64,000 nucleotides of DNA, from NCBI RefSeq assembly GCF_001194135.2, contig NC_068984.1:33410347-33474346 (forward strand), read 5' to 3'. How positions within the stretch are numbered: the first letter of the stretch is position 1; each line of letters begins with the position of its first letter. This document shows positions 12,824-27,859 of the stretch, piece by piece. A model generated the notes under the pieces. That model searched no databases, was not told where the DNA came from, and saw nothing but the letters and a program-made list of their open reading frames with translations. This DNA is from Octopus bimaculoides. Taxonomy: Eukaryota. Position numbers and translations under genes: made by a program.

Positions 12824-14479
12824 ATGTATGTATGCCTTCACTACCACACCATATAAACTAGAGTGTTATTTCCTATCATCATGGCATATTATTTTAGAAG
12901 TTGAGTTCGTCTAATTTTGTTTTGCAATAACACGAATACATTTTGCCTCTGGGCAAAATATCCTCATAATCCAATTGGTGTGTTAAATTACTCTACTTAG
13001 AAACATGTATACGAATATTCATCTAAACCTGGGCTTGTAAATATGCAGATATGTTCAAAAATGAATCAGTAAGCAATAATGTTGATTTGGCACTGAGATG
13101 GACACAAGTCCATAAAAAGTCAGTTTAGATTGTGGGATCGGATCCACAACAAAGAATAATGGCCTACTATCCTGGGAAAAATAGTCCATAGACTAAGGGA
13201 TACCACAATGAATGTTTCATATCGATGTTCGAATTCTTATATACCACGGGAAAACTCATAGTAAGAAACCTTCCCTTCACGTTCCAGGAGACCATTGTTT
13301 ATATCTTCTCCCATTTCTTGTCATGCTCAGTAAACAATATCTCATTTATATACCATCCCCCACTTATTGTCACGCGCTATTAACAAAATCTTGCAAGCAT
13401 GATATCTCCCTTTATAAAAAAAAAACCGTAAGACACCTCAGAAAATCACAGTGCAGTCATCCTGTTACTTCTTAAACGAACGGTTGTAAACTTTACTGTG
13501 AACAAAGTTCGCCTTCTATGAGGAGATGCGTGAAAGTGAGAAACTAAGGATTACAACTTGAACTTTGAGACAGGTTATTTATTATTTTCATTTCATTTTT
13601 TTCTTTCATTGTATATTTTACATTGATAAACCGTTAGCACATTAACACTTCAGCCATCCTTGTTCGAAACAATAATTGCTATTCGCCCACTCCAACAAGA
13701 GGCATATTCAGACATTTGTAATTATAAATGTTAGAAAATATAATGTCGTTCCCATTCGATGACACTTTATTAGGTTTACTCGAGATTGCAAGCAATCATG
13801 CTTGCCCATTCTTTTGATCTCACTTTTTATGCCAATGATTTAAATTGCCATCGCTTTAACGGACGGAATGAACGCAGATATCTTGTTTTTAATTTTGAAA
13901 AGTATATGAAGGAAAATTACCCTACCAGAATTTAATCTATTAATTCAGTCATCAATGCACCTCAGATATGTGGCAGTTTATTAAAGAGTCAAAAGGCATC
14001 TGGATATCACGTGCATAATTGCTTTCATCGGGTTTAGTAAATCAAAGCTGCAATATGTGTTGATGAGCTGAATTCCCGATAGCTATTTACTTCCGGATTG
14101 ATGTTGATTCATTTTGTTTACCAGTTGATGTGTTACAGTGATTAATGGAAAACACAGCTCCAGGTTGTCTTTTATCGAGGTGAATGAAAAACTAACCAAG
14201 TTGTGGAGAACATGAAAATATGTTAGAAAAATTAAATGCAGAATCTGTGATTTTATACACTTATAATAACAGAATTCGAAAATATATTCCCTTACTTGTC
14301 GATAAATTTATTAGCTGTGACAAGTCTGATCGACAAGTGATAATTTACATATAAAGTGAGCTTCAAATTTCATATAAAGAATATATAAAAATTAGTAAAA
14401 CACCACTGATTTCAGAAATAAACACGTTTCACATTGTTTTATTTAGAAGCATAACCATGCATCAATGTGTCAGTATATA

Positions 14480-14650
14480 AGTACATACACAGAAGCACAC
14501 GTGCATACATACACACAACGCATGCATACAAACATGTACAAACATACATACATACATTCGTGTGTGTGTGTGTGTGTGTGTGTGCGTATGTGTGTGTGTG
14601 TGTGCGTGTGTGTGTGTGCGTGTGTGTGTGTGCGTGTGTGTGTGTGTGTA
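14480..14650. repeat. (TACA)-like then (GT)n compound microsatellite
   Basis: Directly visible. Confidence 0.93.
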
Positions 14651-16959
14651 TAAACACAATTCGTCAAACGAGGAACATTGTGATGTAAGGTGGTATTAAA
14701 CAAATAAATTATTATAATATATGAAGTTAGACATTTAAAACGCGCAGTAGAAAAATGGAACAACAATAAGACTATGTTAGGTAGGAAAGTGAGTGGACTG
14801 ATAAAAGGAAAAGAAAAGAATCTAACACATATGACGTTTTTTTTTTATTATTTGAGGTTTAGTGTAAAACTATTTCGACATTGCGAATAAAGTAGGGAAA
14901 CACTCTATGTCGTTACGATGTGTGGAGAGAAAGGCCGTAAAGTGGTACGACAAAAGAGCGAGAGCAGCACGAATGAAAAAAAGGTGAAAATGCATCAATA
15001 GAGAAGATAGCGAGAAAGAGGTAGGGGAAGAAATTGAGGGGAATGCTGGTAACCTCAAAACATTGGTGAATATGTAGGTGTTGAGATGTGTATTTCAATT
15101 GTTTACGTTTACGTAGGTGTTAAGTTGCATCTAATTTGTGTCAAAGAATATAATGTCTTGTATCTATATAGGTAACTCTCCTTTTTGCAATATAATACGT
15201 CGAGCTAAAAATGTAAACACATAATTATACGTATGAACAGACATATTCACACACACACAAGTGTGCACTAAAAAAACAAAAAGCATACATATGCATTCAA
15301 CGAAGCACTCACAAACATACACAAATATTAAGTGTGTATTTTATGTATATACTTGTATGTTCCTGTGTATGCTTAAACATAAGACAAACAAGTGAATTGA
15401 CAGTAGTATTTACGTATAAATGTGTCGATGAATATACAAATTTACTTTCCAGATACATGTTTTGAATGGACGCTAAGCTGGAGAGTAAATTTGGATGGTT
15501 CCTCTGTAATTTTCTGACAATGAATGCTTTTGGCTGTCGCTATATTTTGAATTATGTCAATGTCAATCATTTCGCTATACTGGCAAGGTGATAAGCTATA
15601 AAGAAATTCGTATCAACCTTGAACTAGACTGCTGCTCTGTATGACAGTCTCAGAGCTGCTGATAGAAGCAGCTTTATCACAATAGTTGTTTCCCTGTTTA
15701 ACTTCTCTACCTTCTGAGGCACTCCTATTGCTTCTGCAACTCTAGAGTAGATAAGGATAATTTTATTATGTCAGCTGTTTTTTGTTCTGTCAACGAATAA
15801 GTGTGATAGTTTATTGTTGTACACAGATAACTGAACCTTATAAATCAAGTTTGTGGGTGCGAGTTCACATTGTTGTTACGTCTCAAATAGACTTCCGATA
15901 TCCTGATGGACTTGCAACAAAAGGCAAGAATCCAACTAACATGCGAATGCCTCCCTTTATTGTAAAATATATATTAACTCTTATAATTATTTTGGTTTGA
16001 TTTCCTTTTGGATGTTAAATTAACATGTTCGTATCATTTTAATATTGCATTAAAATTAATCTAAATTTGTCTGAAAAATAATCGCTGATCGGCAAAATTA
16101 TGTTCACAGCAAAATTTACAATCACAAAGAGAATTCTCCAATATAATTGATTTTTCCGTGGTATTTACTGTACTTACAAAATTGGGAACGATACTAAACC
16201 TCACGCTCTTAAATTGCATAACCCTTTCTTATTTCTAGATGAGACCTAAGAAACACAGTCCAATAAACCATGTAATGACTGTTGCTTTAGTTTTTCATTC
16301 GGAATAAAATAACCATCAATTATATTAGAATCTTACAATATTAACATAATTGTTGCTTTTGTTGTTGCTGTTCCTGTAGCTGTTCTTGTTGTTGCTGTCG
16401 TTGTTTAGACGGAGACCAGTCGTACCATTTTGCCTTTCTAATTCCTAGGACTGCATTTTCTAATATACCCTTTTCCTTAGCTGATATTTTAATTGCGTTT
16501 GTGGAAAAACCAAAGGTAATTATTAGCCTGAAGTGTGTCAGTTGTTGAATGCCTTATTGAAACTGTTGAGCACGTATTTCACTGTGATTTATTAGTTAGT
16601 TTCGTTTCTTCATGATTTTAGTTAAAATGCTATTGAAATTGAATATGCTTTAATTCTGTTGTGTAAGATAAAACGACGCTTGCGTTATAGAAGATCGATT
16701 CTGTCGACTACTACCATTTTTAAAATTTGCACCGTTAGTCGAAGTTAGAATTGATAAGTTAAACTTCACGAAGATTGTATCCTAAAGTAACGATAATGAT
16801 GAAGTAACTTTAAACATTTTGCTTCGCTTAGTTTGCCACGATTCTGTCACATTTGTAGCACCACATACATTCATCAGAGTGAATTTTGACATTAGGTATT
16901 GTAAAAACATATCAGCAAAATGAAAGATCCTCTTTGATAGAGAAGATCGACACAGTAAA

Positions 16960-17200
16960 CGTATCTTTTGGACGCTTGCAAGTAAATAGTAGCCAGAAAA
17001 TCGTGAATGAAATGATGTGTGGAATTTGAGAGACAGAACATGGCAACGAGTAAAGCGAGAAATGAATCGTACAGGCCAAGGTGTCAACTGCACGAAAACT
17101 CCTACTTCCGAAGAACAGGAATTGAACTTCTATAGTATCTGTGGGAAAGGCAGTGTAAAAACATAGTTGAAATGTATTAGTGGGCGTTTTCTAGTCAAGT
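16960..17200 (+). mobile_element. Possible N-terminal relic of an R4/Dong non-LTR element
   Basis: LDACK*IVARKS*MK..FERQN..YR followed by PTSEEQELNFYSICGK resembles the R4/Dong pre-RT pattern KQ...R..RY..RQN.LF ... P..EE...FW..IW. By-eye only. Confidence 0.35.
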
Positions 17201-19384
17201 GGAAGTCTTTTCTTTTGGAGGGATTTTCACTTTGTTTCTCTACATCTTTCTTTACTTTTGCTTAATATCTGAATTGTTGAAGCCTTAAACAAACGAAAAT
17301 ATACCATTTAGAACGAGAATAATTAAGAATTGTTGAAAATACTTGCTTAAAATTCAAATATAAAGGGGAGATTCAAATAAGCTCTTTGTTAATAGAGTTT
17401 GATTCCTAGTTGAGGAAAGCATTTATAAAAGTCTCTACGATTATGTATAATCACGTATATAATTATGCAAGAGTGATTATTTATGAGAACCAATTGGACA
17501 ATATACTATGCACAAATATGCAAAGCGATCGTAAGTTCAATGAACACAATTGCATTTCCAGCAGACTTTGAATTCAATATTTTCAGCTCGCTAATGGTTA
17601 TTCAGGTTTGTTAATAGCACACACTAAACAGGAAATCATTCTGTTACTTGATGCCCGCTGACCTGTCACCAGCTGCAAACAGCGTTTTAATTCAAATATA
17701 AACTTTCAGCAATACTTCCTTTTAATAATGAATCGTTTTATATGATTCTAACAGATGCATTAGCATCTTCTTGGCCTCTATTAAAGTTTCATTGACAATA
17801 TGTTTAGGAATAAATAGATAAATATATAGTATGGAGATGATGCAATCGTTGAAAATATTTATATGTAGAACAATAAATGTGTGCATAACCTTCCTAATAT
17901 TTTAATACCAAATGTTAGAGTAAAACGAGCGTATATTAGATTACCTTATAAACGTTTCTATATGCGTCGCTTAACTTTGAACAAGGTCGTACTTTATTAG
18001 ATACCGTATATGTGTTATTCCGTTTTAGAAATCCCATGCTTTGATAGACAAAGCACTTCAGATTTTTTTTAATATTGATATAGGATGAAGAATAGTTGCA
18101 CTAGGATGCTAGTCTGCTATGTGAATCTACTGTGAGTCCTGGTGACAATTTCCAAGTAGTAACTGGAATTAGATCTTGCAAATCTTCCTTGATTTAGAGA
18201 TTGAAACTAAAAATCAGATGCACACGACCTACTCAAGTAATGATTTCATATTGTGTACCAAACCAAGATGTGGGTGTCTCATATTAATATATTGTTTCTT
18301 ATATTACGCACTGAGAGTTACTGAGAATCAAAGCAGATTCGCTAGTTTTTTAATAGGGAAGTTCAATGATATAATGTGTTAAGTCTTGTGGTTGTCTAAG
18401 TTGTATTATTTTAGCTGTCCTTTTGTGCTTTACTACGTATAGTACATGTATTTCAACTTTATTAATTTGGAAAAAAATACTTTTTTTTTCTATTTTGGCG
18501 TTATCTTTTCCACTTAGCATGAAATAAAATTATTCTAATAGATCATTTAGTTATCCTACGCGATTTTAATAATATATAAATGTAAAAAGAAAGCATTAGT
18601 GTGAAATTTCTTCATTTCAGCATACTTTCAGTATATACGGTATAGTTTATAATCTCGAAAGGTTTGAACCCATATATTTGGTCTTGGAGAAAAGTGAAAT
18701 TTTATATTAACATACCCTACGAATTAACCTCCAAATAGCCCGGGAGTTCTTTGATTGGAGAAAAGCTCCCGTACGTCTCAAGACAAGCTACGCTGATGAT
18801 GTTAGTTTTCAGCTATAACAACAGCAATTGATCCCTTTAGGAAAGACAAAATGGTTGACCCAAAATGTAGCGCTCATGCGGAGAGCAGATGGTGTAAAAT
18901 CCTTGATGTGATATACGACAAAAATAAAGGCGGAGGGGTAATTTGGGTGCTATTTTTTTAGGGTAGCATAAACATGAATAGATTATTATATATGCGCAAC
19001 ATGCGCAACGAGAATGAAGCGTCAGTCACCAAACAATTCCATGCAAATGATACCATGCTGAGCTGAGAACGGTAGAAAAACAATTGAAAACAGCAAGTTA
19101 CCGGAAACCCAATATATTACAACTGTCATCAACGTCCCTAAACATATTTTGTACAAATTTTATACCCCTGAAAATGAAAATCCCACTGATAATATAACCA
19201 CGATCAACTGTTGCCAGAACCGTTTTTGGAAAGCAGTCACTTGACGAAAATTACACGCCAGAATTGGATGACCTCATTTACTATGTAGCAATCTGGCCAG
19301 CGATAACAAAATAATCTCTGTCTACCACATGCTGAAACTCGGGACTCAACACCATCAATGCAGTTATATAACTTAAAATATACA

Positions 19385-19419
19385 CAATGACGCATATTCA
19401 CATACACACACGCGCACGC

Positions 19420-19488
<69 letters not shown>

Positions 19489-19490
19489 CA
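19385..19490. repeat. (CA)n(TA)n compound microsatellite
   Basis: Directly visible. Confidence 0.95.
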
Positions 19491-22400
19491 TAAATCACAT
19501 CATTCCATATAATTAATGATATCCTACATTAATTATTCTATAACATCATATGTATTAGATATGTCGTCAACCATTGATTTTATATATTTTCCATTTTAAA
19601 ACAGGAACGTACATCTTATAAACAATATTTCCTTACGATCTTCCGTATAAAGACTTAAAGTCGTAAATGTTTAACCGAATGACTTGCATCCATTTATTCT
19701 ATTTACACTAAAGCTTACATAACCAGTTTTGATCAAACTGATCGTAGGACGGAGTAAAGAGCAATCTACACACGCTAAATTAGCTATGCCTACACCGTAT
19801 ATATTTAAGTATTTAATATTTATTTGGACCTTTTATTATTTTACCATTGTCATCAAACATAAGACGATACTATAGTCAGCAAGAATCACTTGATATTGTA
19901 ATAGATTTATCATTGTCTACAACATTCTAAACAGCAGCGAGCTTTGAGTTTCAATAGATGCTTTTCCATGTCCGTATCATTGCATGGATTTACGTTATAG
20001 TAATACCATTGTTGTGTCGTAACTCACCCATTTGAAGAATATAGTTCAGTCTTTGGTTCTGTTTGACCAACTGTAGCACAAGAGGGCTGTGTTCATATAC
20101 CCGTTAAGTCCATTTGAACGTCACTAGTAAAGCAAAAGAAACAAAAGTTACTAAGAATATAGGTCAGATGGTAATGAGGTAAATGGATGGTTCTAGCTAT
20201 CTTCCAAAACTTCATGGACACTTTAATTTAATCTGTGACTGTCTTCTCTACTCGAGCATTTAAATGCATACTGTCTTTGTATCATACTACTTGCCATAAG
20301 ATTTAGATTTAGGAGAAATATGGACTGGTTAGAAAATTGAATTACTGTCCTACGAAATACTAAGGTTAATGCAAATATAGCAGAGACGTCAGTAGAATAA
20401 TCATTTTCAAACTCTGTTCGACTTGAAAACAATATTTAGGAATAATCATATATAAAATATTTTGTGAAATATGCCTAATGATTTTCCCAATGTTTCCTCC
20501 TTCCAATTTGGAAGTGATGCTTGCGTTATGTAACCATAGATAGTATAAGCTGCAGTAGTCGCAGGAATGTAACTCTAATATCTATTGACAAACATTGTGC
20601 CACTATTAAGGTTTGTACTGAAAACGTCTGACATGGTGCAACCCGTCATAGTTTACAATGACGTGCGTAAGAGGGTGAGGTCCATAAATCAAAATCTACA
20701 ATTCACACGCTTTTGGCTGACATACTGTATACAAATTGTATCATAATATACAGCATTTGTTTCCTAGTAGGTGGACTCTGAGCATCCTGTGAGACATCTA
20801 TCAATTAAAAGTGAACAATACACCCACTGATAGGAGCTGCACCACTGTTCGAATGCTTTCCTGCCAAACGTGTTGCAAATTATTTGGTAGATACATTTTT
20901 GCATGCATATATGCATAATCATACATGAATACATTCATACAGTCATACCTACATACATACACACATACTTGCATACAAACATTCATATATACATGCATTC
21001 ACATAGACACATTTTCATACGTACTTACATGCTTAAAATAATTCATCGTCTCATAAATATATGTTGCCTTGTATTCTATAAAAAAAAAAGCATTTATTTC
21101 ACAATCTAGATATGTCTTTCCCTTAAGTTCTGTCTTTTAGCACTGCCGTAACCTCCAAACAGCAAAGTGAATGTTAATCGTTGAAGTTATACTCAATCTA
21201 TCGAGCGTTGTTTTTGACTGATTTATACGTCTCCTTAAAATAATTTTTTGTGTTCTCTTTTGCCCTACATCTACAAAATGATATTACAATACTTGCATTA
21301 AAAGAAATACGTAAATATCTTCGTGTCAAGACATCTCTTGTGTGAAACATGTTTCTTCAGGTCCACCATTGATGAATGAAATTGCTATAAATATTTTCTC
21401 CTTTCTCCGATAAAATTACCTCCTGTGTTTTTCATTCCAAAATATGACATTCGTAAATTAGATTGCGACATATGTCGTGTTGATATATTTATTTCCCGAA
21501 GGAGCTTCTTTGTAATTCACTTTCCTTTTACTTGCAACAAATAGCAACCGCCTTCATATTCTAGCCGACTGTCTTTAAAAAAAATTACATTGTGTGTAAA
21601 GAATAATGTAATCGTAGCCGTTGTACGAAAAGAAATATGCATAGTTTTGCTGGAACGTGGTTTATCCTAGCATAACCAATCCAGAACTGACATATGAATA
21701 AACAACAACCAAAATAACAACACAAACAGCAACTTTTGTTAATAGCTTCGAGATATTTATAAACGTTTTAACTTGTGAGTCATTCATGTATATATCGAGA
21801 ATCTTTGGGAATTACATATTTCAAAGATTATTTCCTATTATCAAACAAAGTACAACATTACATTCACTTTGCTTTGAATCATTCCATGACAAGGATTGAT
21901 TTCAAAATTTCAAATACCATCGCATCAAATGCACCACTAACGTCATTAAAAATATTGCTTTTTTTTTTGGAAATATATCCAACGGTCTACGACGATGCGA
22001 AACATTGGTTTGTTTCATATTTTGTTTGAACAATATATAATAAGAAAGCTTACATACGCACTAACATAGATTTCGATCCTTTCCAGACAGACACACATAC
22101 AGAGGAACGGGATAATAAAAAAGTGAGAACATACCTAGATATACAACGCCATTTTCACACGTTGTATGTAACCATTAAACATGGTAATCTTCATTCTTAT
22201 TTCTTAAGCTATTTATTTCATACTGCTGTTTCCTATTACGTATGCCATATCCATATACAGAATGAAATCACATATGAAAATGATTGCAAAATAAAGTACA
22301 TACAAATAAAAATAATTTACTTTCTCATACGTCTTTCAAACTTGCTGACTCATGAACATTCACACATACACTCAAACATGTACCCATATGCATGCATTCA

Positions 22401-22779
22401 CAAGACTGAACTTATGAAAACACATATAAGAAAATCCGTCTTGATATATTTTAAGCTATTTGTTTGCCATTACCGTTCATTTTAAATACTCTGTATGAAA
22501 AGCCGTCGTGATGTTTCAGCTTTGTTAAACAATGTTTATTTGCTCATACAACCAATATTACAATTTACTTTGCATCCCAAATATTTATTGGCTTCCAGCA
22601 TACTCGTTCCGTATTTGTGTATTCTGGCGCCATATCGCTTTCCATTAATCCTAAAGATTATCATTGACAATAAGGAAAACTAGCAATATTGTATTACAAA
22701 CGCAGCGAGTTATAAGACAGGGAAGGCGCCAAATGTAATGCCATGCAGTGTTTAGTTTTCTCCTTTTATGTTGATTGTT

Positions 22780-22850
22780 CAATCCAGTGGGGGATCTTCT
22801 TTGTCTTTCATCCTTTCAGTGACGATCAGATAATTACCAATTACCAGTAA
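22780..22850 (+). mobile_element. Degraded core fragment of SINE family A
   Basis: ctttgtctttcatcctttcagtgacgatcagataattacca resembles the reverse complement of the core of the 52357-52579 copy (tttcatcctttcggggtcgataaa). Confidence 0.45.
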
Positions 22851-25800
22851 TATTCTACAGTGGAATCAAACAATTATACACACACTTTTAAATATTACGC
22901 CTGTATTTAGCTAATAGAAATATATATTACGTTATTTATGTCTAACTTGAAAGAAATTAAGAGATCATCGGATGGAATTTTTAGTGTACGGTTTCATAAA
23001 TTCAAATAACACATGTCATACTTCAAAATTTACAGAAATGTATCATTGTTATTTATATAATCCTCCAGGATAAGGATTAAGAAAATCATGAACATAAGAT
23101 TTGTTATAATCCTGCTTTTACGTTCCTTCCTATGTTACGCTTTATACTGTTAGACCGAAGGGGAGGCAAAATGAGAGCGACAGAGAAGAAGGTTCGACAG
23201 AAGGTGACTGATAGATTAGGTACTTAGCGTCATTAAGTATAAGTGTTTGGGTTGAGTCATTCAGTGAAAAGTTCTGGAAAACGGTGGCACAGCATGGCTG
23301 CAGTCAAATGACTGAAGCAAATCAGAGATAAAGGGTGAATTCAAGTGCTTAGAGGAAGCTAAAAAGTTATAATATAAGGAATTTTCCATTGCAGTCAGAC
23401 AGATTGGCTCATCTAGAAAAAAATTAATAGGTTTCTGCAAACTCAAATATGTTCTCTGGTGAATGAAAACCGTCCCACGTTTCCATATGATAATTTTCAA
23501 CATCCAAAGGAACATATAAATGCAATGTGTATGAGTGATTTTATACAATTATTGGAAATAGGAAATATACATATAAACAAAAAAAAAAATGATACTTAAT
23601 TGTAAAGGAAATACGTAACTTTATATTTTAACATTAATGAGGATACAACTAATTTCAGATGACCATTATGAATATCTGAGAAAAACAAAGGAAAGATTGT
23701 TTTCAAACAGCTAGTTTAGTAAATAAGTAGCTTGAACACACATTTTTAGCAAAAGAATTCTCATTTCAGAATATTACAACGAATGAACTTTATAAACGCA
23801 TTTATTTTAAAACAGTTAGAATAAATTAACCATGGATAGTAGACACATATTGAAGCATATTTACCATCATCAACTTTCTCCTTTGCGACGTTTCTGGAGA
23901 TTGAAAATTTAAAATCATTTGGAGCAGACATCGATCCCAGGAAAGAATATTTAATAGCTGGATGTGTAGGGAACCAAGAGTCATTGTTCCTCTCTTCAAC
24001 TCCCCTACTTACCTCTGAAAAGACTATAACAAGTATATTCGAGGCAGTGAATATATTACCGTGATAGTCTCTGTTCACACTTTAGCAAATTAAGTGGCAG
24101 TTTCATCCAAGATCACGAAAATGGATTGGACAGGCTCCAAGCATTCAAAACATTTATTAAAAGCTTATTGCTATTATATTTACTTGAAGAACAATTTATT
24201 TTTTAAATTTGAAAAGAAAGCAATTTTTATTGCGCTGGTTCAAATAAACTCTTTTATAAAAATATATTTTTACATTTTAATTTAACAAATTTAAATATTA
24301 TTAAAAAATACAGTATTTTCTTGAATAATTTCCTATCCACTTTTCGTTATGATTAAAGAAATATAATTGAATTTGCTCAAAAATTTAATACAATAAAACA
24401 CTTCAATTGAATATATTTTTAGGAAATCACACGCAGGCACACACGCACACGCACACACTGACACGCACGCACACACATAGGTACGTACATGGATATGAAA
24501 ATGCCATACATATACACGTGTATTCATGTTTATATGCAGTTGTTTTCAATATCTTCCGTACATACCTGCATATTCAATCCAAATAAAATATTTGACAAGT
24601 GCACGTCCATGTACGTGAAGATGGGGCTAGCAAGCTTGTATAGGAATAATCATATAATGTATAAATGAATTGAAACCGAATGATGATGTCTTGAAGGCAT
24701 TTAATATGTGTGTTTCTGATCATTCCTCAATAAATAGAAACGTATTAGGTCTATTTAAGAACCTCCTTAAATTAAAACATTTCGAAATAAGAACAAATTG
24801 ATGGAATTCTACATGTGTACATGATCAGAGAAGTTAAAGGTACATACAAGTTGAGGAGAGGATGGGGGCACAAGGGACAGAATATCTAAATAGAGGAAAA
24901 TGGAGAAGTGAAAGAATGAGAGATAGAGAAAAATGGAGAGGGAGGATACTATTGGTCAAAGTAGGCCCCATGTTGTTAGATGTAAGAATTAGAGACGAGT
25001 TTTTCTTGGACCATATGGTTGGACAGGAAGCTAGTAGCACGTTTGTGTCTGCCAGGCTTTTGAACGAGCTTGAAAGCTGCAGGAATCAAGGCCGGCGAGA
25101 GAGTGTGTATGTGTGTGCGTGGGAGGATGCATATCAGATGTACGTTTGTGTGTATGTCTGTGTGTGTGTATGTGTAATTATTTCTCTCTTCATATATATA
25201 TATGTGTGTAAATTGATAGATATGCCTATACATTTATATATATATATATATNNNNNNNNNNNNNNNNNNNNNNNNNNNNNNNNNNNNNNNNNNNNNNNNN
25301 NNNNNNNNNNNNNNNNNNNNNNNNNNNTATATACATATTAATGCAAATTAAACGGGAAAATGTGATGAATCCACGGATCTGGGATAGAATATATTATGCT
25401 TAAAATACGAGCTTGGGAAGATGCAATGATGAACACAAGCTAAAAAATAGAAAGAACAGAAAACGAGTACAATCAATGAAAATTAAAGCAAAGTTAATGA
25501 AAGATATGCTATAATTAACTAATTTCACAAACTAAAGTTATGTTGGGATAAACCATTCCCACTCATAAATTTCTGGAATGTAAATTAAGATTTACAATTG
25601 ACAATTCGCTCGTTACGCTTATTAAGGATATTCTTCCTATCGACGAACAGAATTACTGCTGGTAATTTTCTAGACCAAAGCGTAGAAGTAATCTCATAAA
25701 ATCTTACACCTTCTTAGCTGAACATATTCAGCAATTCAATTTCTGAAAGATTATCTACGAAATTAAAAGGTATATTCTGGGCAAAGTCCGAACTTTTGGC

Positions 25801-26534
25801 GGTAGTAAAATATCCTTGCTAACTCTGCTTCTGAGCGATCCTCGGAACTTTCTTCACCGATATGGAAAATGTCTTTAATTGTAATTGTAAATTGTAAACA
25901 TAATTTAATTGTTAATTGTAAACTAAAATTAAGATTTACATTCAATAACATCCTGAGAGAGAATGGACTGGATAAAACGAGCTGACTTTTGTATTTTAAT
26001 GACCCTATTTATTTATAAATTATTTTTCATGCATTTAACTTTGTTTCCCGTTGATTTCTCTTTCTCATTCAATGTTCTATTTGTAATTCATTCCTACATT
26101 ATGCTCTTTCATACAATTTTTGTTCTATATTTTACCTTATGTCATTTTTGTTCTGTCATTAACTCCGCTAATTCTTATTTTAGCCTCACTGTACACTATT
26201 CTCACGCTGTGGTTTCATTTTCTTATTGTTCACTTCATTTGCCTTTATACATATGTGTGTGTACATGTACACATATATACGATTGCATGTATATACATGT
26301 GGGGAAGAACGAGTTGGGGTTGTGTGTATAGAGAAAAATACATATTTACTATATCATATTGAGTAAATAGTAAGCAACATTTTTAACCATGAAGAATTTA
26401 TACCAAATTTGTGCAGGGTTTTGAATTTTTAAATACATTTCTTTGCAATTGTCTGATAATACAGTCATAGACTTGCCCAAATGCATCAATGAATTAACAT
26501 TGATATTTTTTCACTGTTATTAAAATCATCTTAA

Positions 26535-27540
26535 ATGGAGCTGTCAAAGCGCGATATTCGAGCAAGTTTTCTATTCAACTTCAATAAAGAAATAAAACAG
26601 CTGAAACTGATCGGGATATCAACGAAACGTTTGGTAAAGAAATGGCTAGTGTGTGGTCAGCTCGAAAATGGTTCAAACGATTTCGTGAGGAAGACCTGAG
26701 CCCTGAAGATCGTGAGTGTAGTGGACGCCTTTCTGTCATCGATGATGGTCAATTAAAGACCGTCATTGAGAAAAACCCATGTAAAACCACTCGAGAACTG
26801 GAAAATAATTCAAGGTAGCCAGAAAATTGCCTGCAACCATTTGCATGCGATCAGAAAATCAAGAAAAGCTCGACAAATGGATTCCACACGATTTGAATGA
26901 AAATCAGAAAATACACAGATATGAAATTTGCTCGTCGCTTCTTTTCCGTAACCAGACCGATCCATTTCTCGAACGTATTCTAACTTGCGCTGACAAGTAG
27001 ATTCTGTACAAGGATAAAAAAAAATGTTCTTCGCAGTGGTTGGACAAAAATGAAGCACCGGAAACCTGCTCTAAACCCGTGCTCTTCAAAACGAAGGTTA
27101 TGGTGACTGTTTGGTGGTGTACTGCTGGACTCATCCACTATAACTTCATGAAACCCGGAAAAACTATTACTACAGAAACACATTGCCATAAAACTGTCAA
27201 CATGAACCAAAAAATGCTACTCTTCCAACCCAGACTGGTCAACAGAAGAGGGTCAATCATTCTTCACGACAATGCTCGACCATACGTTTCACTAATGGCG
27301 CTCCAGAAGTTGAGAGAACTTGTTTAGGAAGTTCTTACTACCTAGCTTATTCCCTCAGACCTTTCTCCTACCGACTGCCACATTTTCAAGCAGCTCGATG
27401 GTTTCCAGCGAGAGACGGAGTTCAAAAATCAAACCGATGCTGAAAGTGCGTCCAAAGAGTTCATCAGCTCCAGAACTCCAGAGTTTTATGTTACCAGAAA
27501 TAAACAAACTTGTAACTGGTTAACAAAAATGTGATGATTG
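26535..27540 (+). mobile_element. Decayed mariner transposase, near-complete coding span
   Basis: MELSKRDIRA.., WFKRFREED, WIPHDL (WVPHEL motif), ILTCADK (first Asp), KVMVTVWWCTAG, LHDNARP, and PSYSLRPF/PTDCH (YSPDL..D region). Multiple frameshifts. Confidence 0.93.
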
Positions 27541-27859
27541 TAATGGTACTGACTGTGAGGTATAACATTTCCGCATTGTTGATATATATTGTAATGAATT
27601 CCATGTTTCAAAATGTTGATTATTTTTACTCGGCCTGACAGCCTCGTGTATGTATATATATACGTATATAAGTATGTGTGTGTGTGTGTGTGTGGCATCT
27701 ATGAGTGTATGTATGTGTATGCATGTATATATGTATCATCATGCTTAGTTTATTTTAAGTTTATATTATTTCTGTTGATTTTTAAAATCAACTTCAATGC
27801 ATTTACCTTTGTCGTAATTGAATTAAGATTATTCGTCCCACACACCTTCAGTAGTGAAT

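Noticed and set aside
13800-14200. Repeat-free stretch with TGATTAAT/TAAT motifs, possible enhancer
   Set aside because: Such motifs are expected frequently in AT-rich DNA; no conservation data available.
20050-20060. Seed-length matches to miR-9 (here), miR-1 (about 25575) and miR-71 (about 46745)
   Set aside because: The matches stop after the seed region and there is no precursor hairpin.
24678-24725. C-box ATGATGA and D-box CTGA with a 6-bp terminal inverted repeat
   Set aside because: Only 48 nt, too short for a C/D snoRNA, and no recognisable guide.
24862-25090. VGQEASSTFVSARLLNEL resembling a retroviral aspartic protease motif
   Set aside because: The catalytic D-T/S-G is absent and no other LTR-element domains are nearby.
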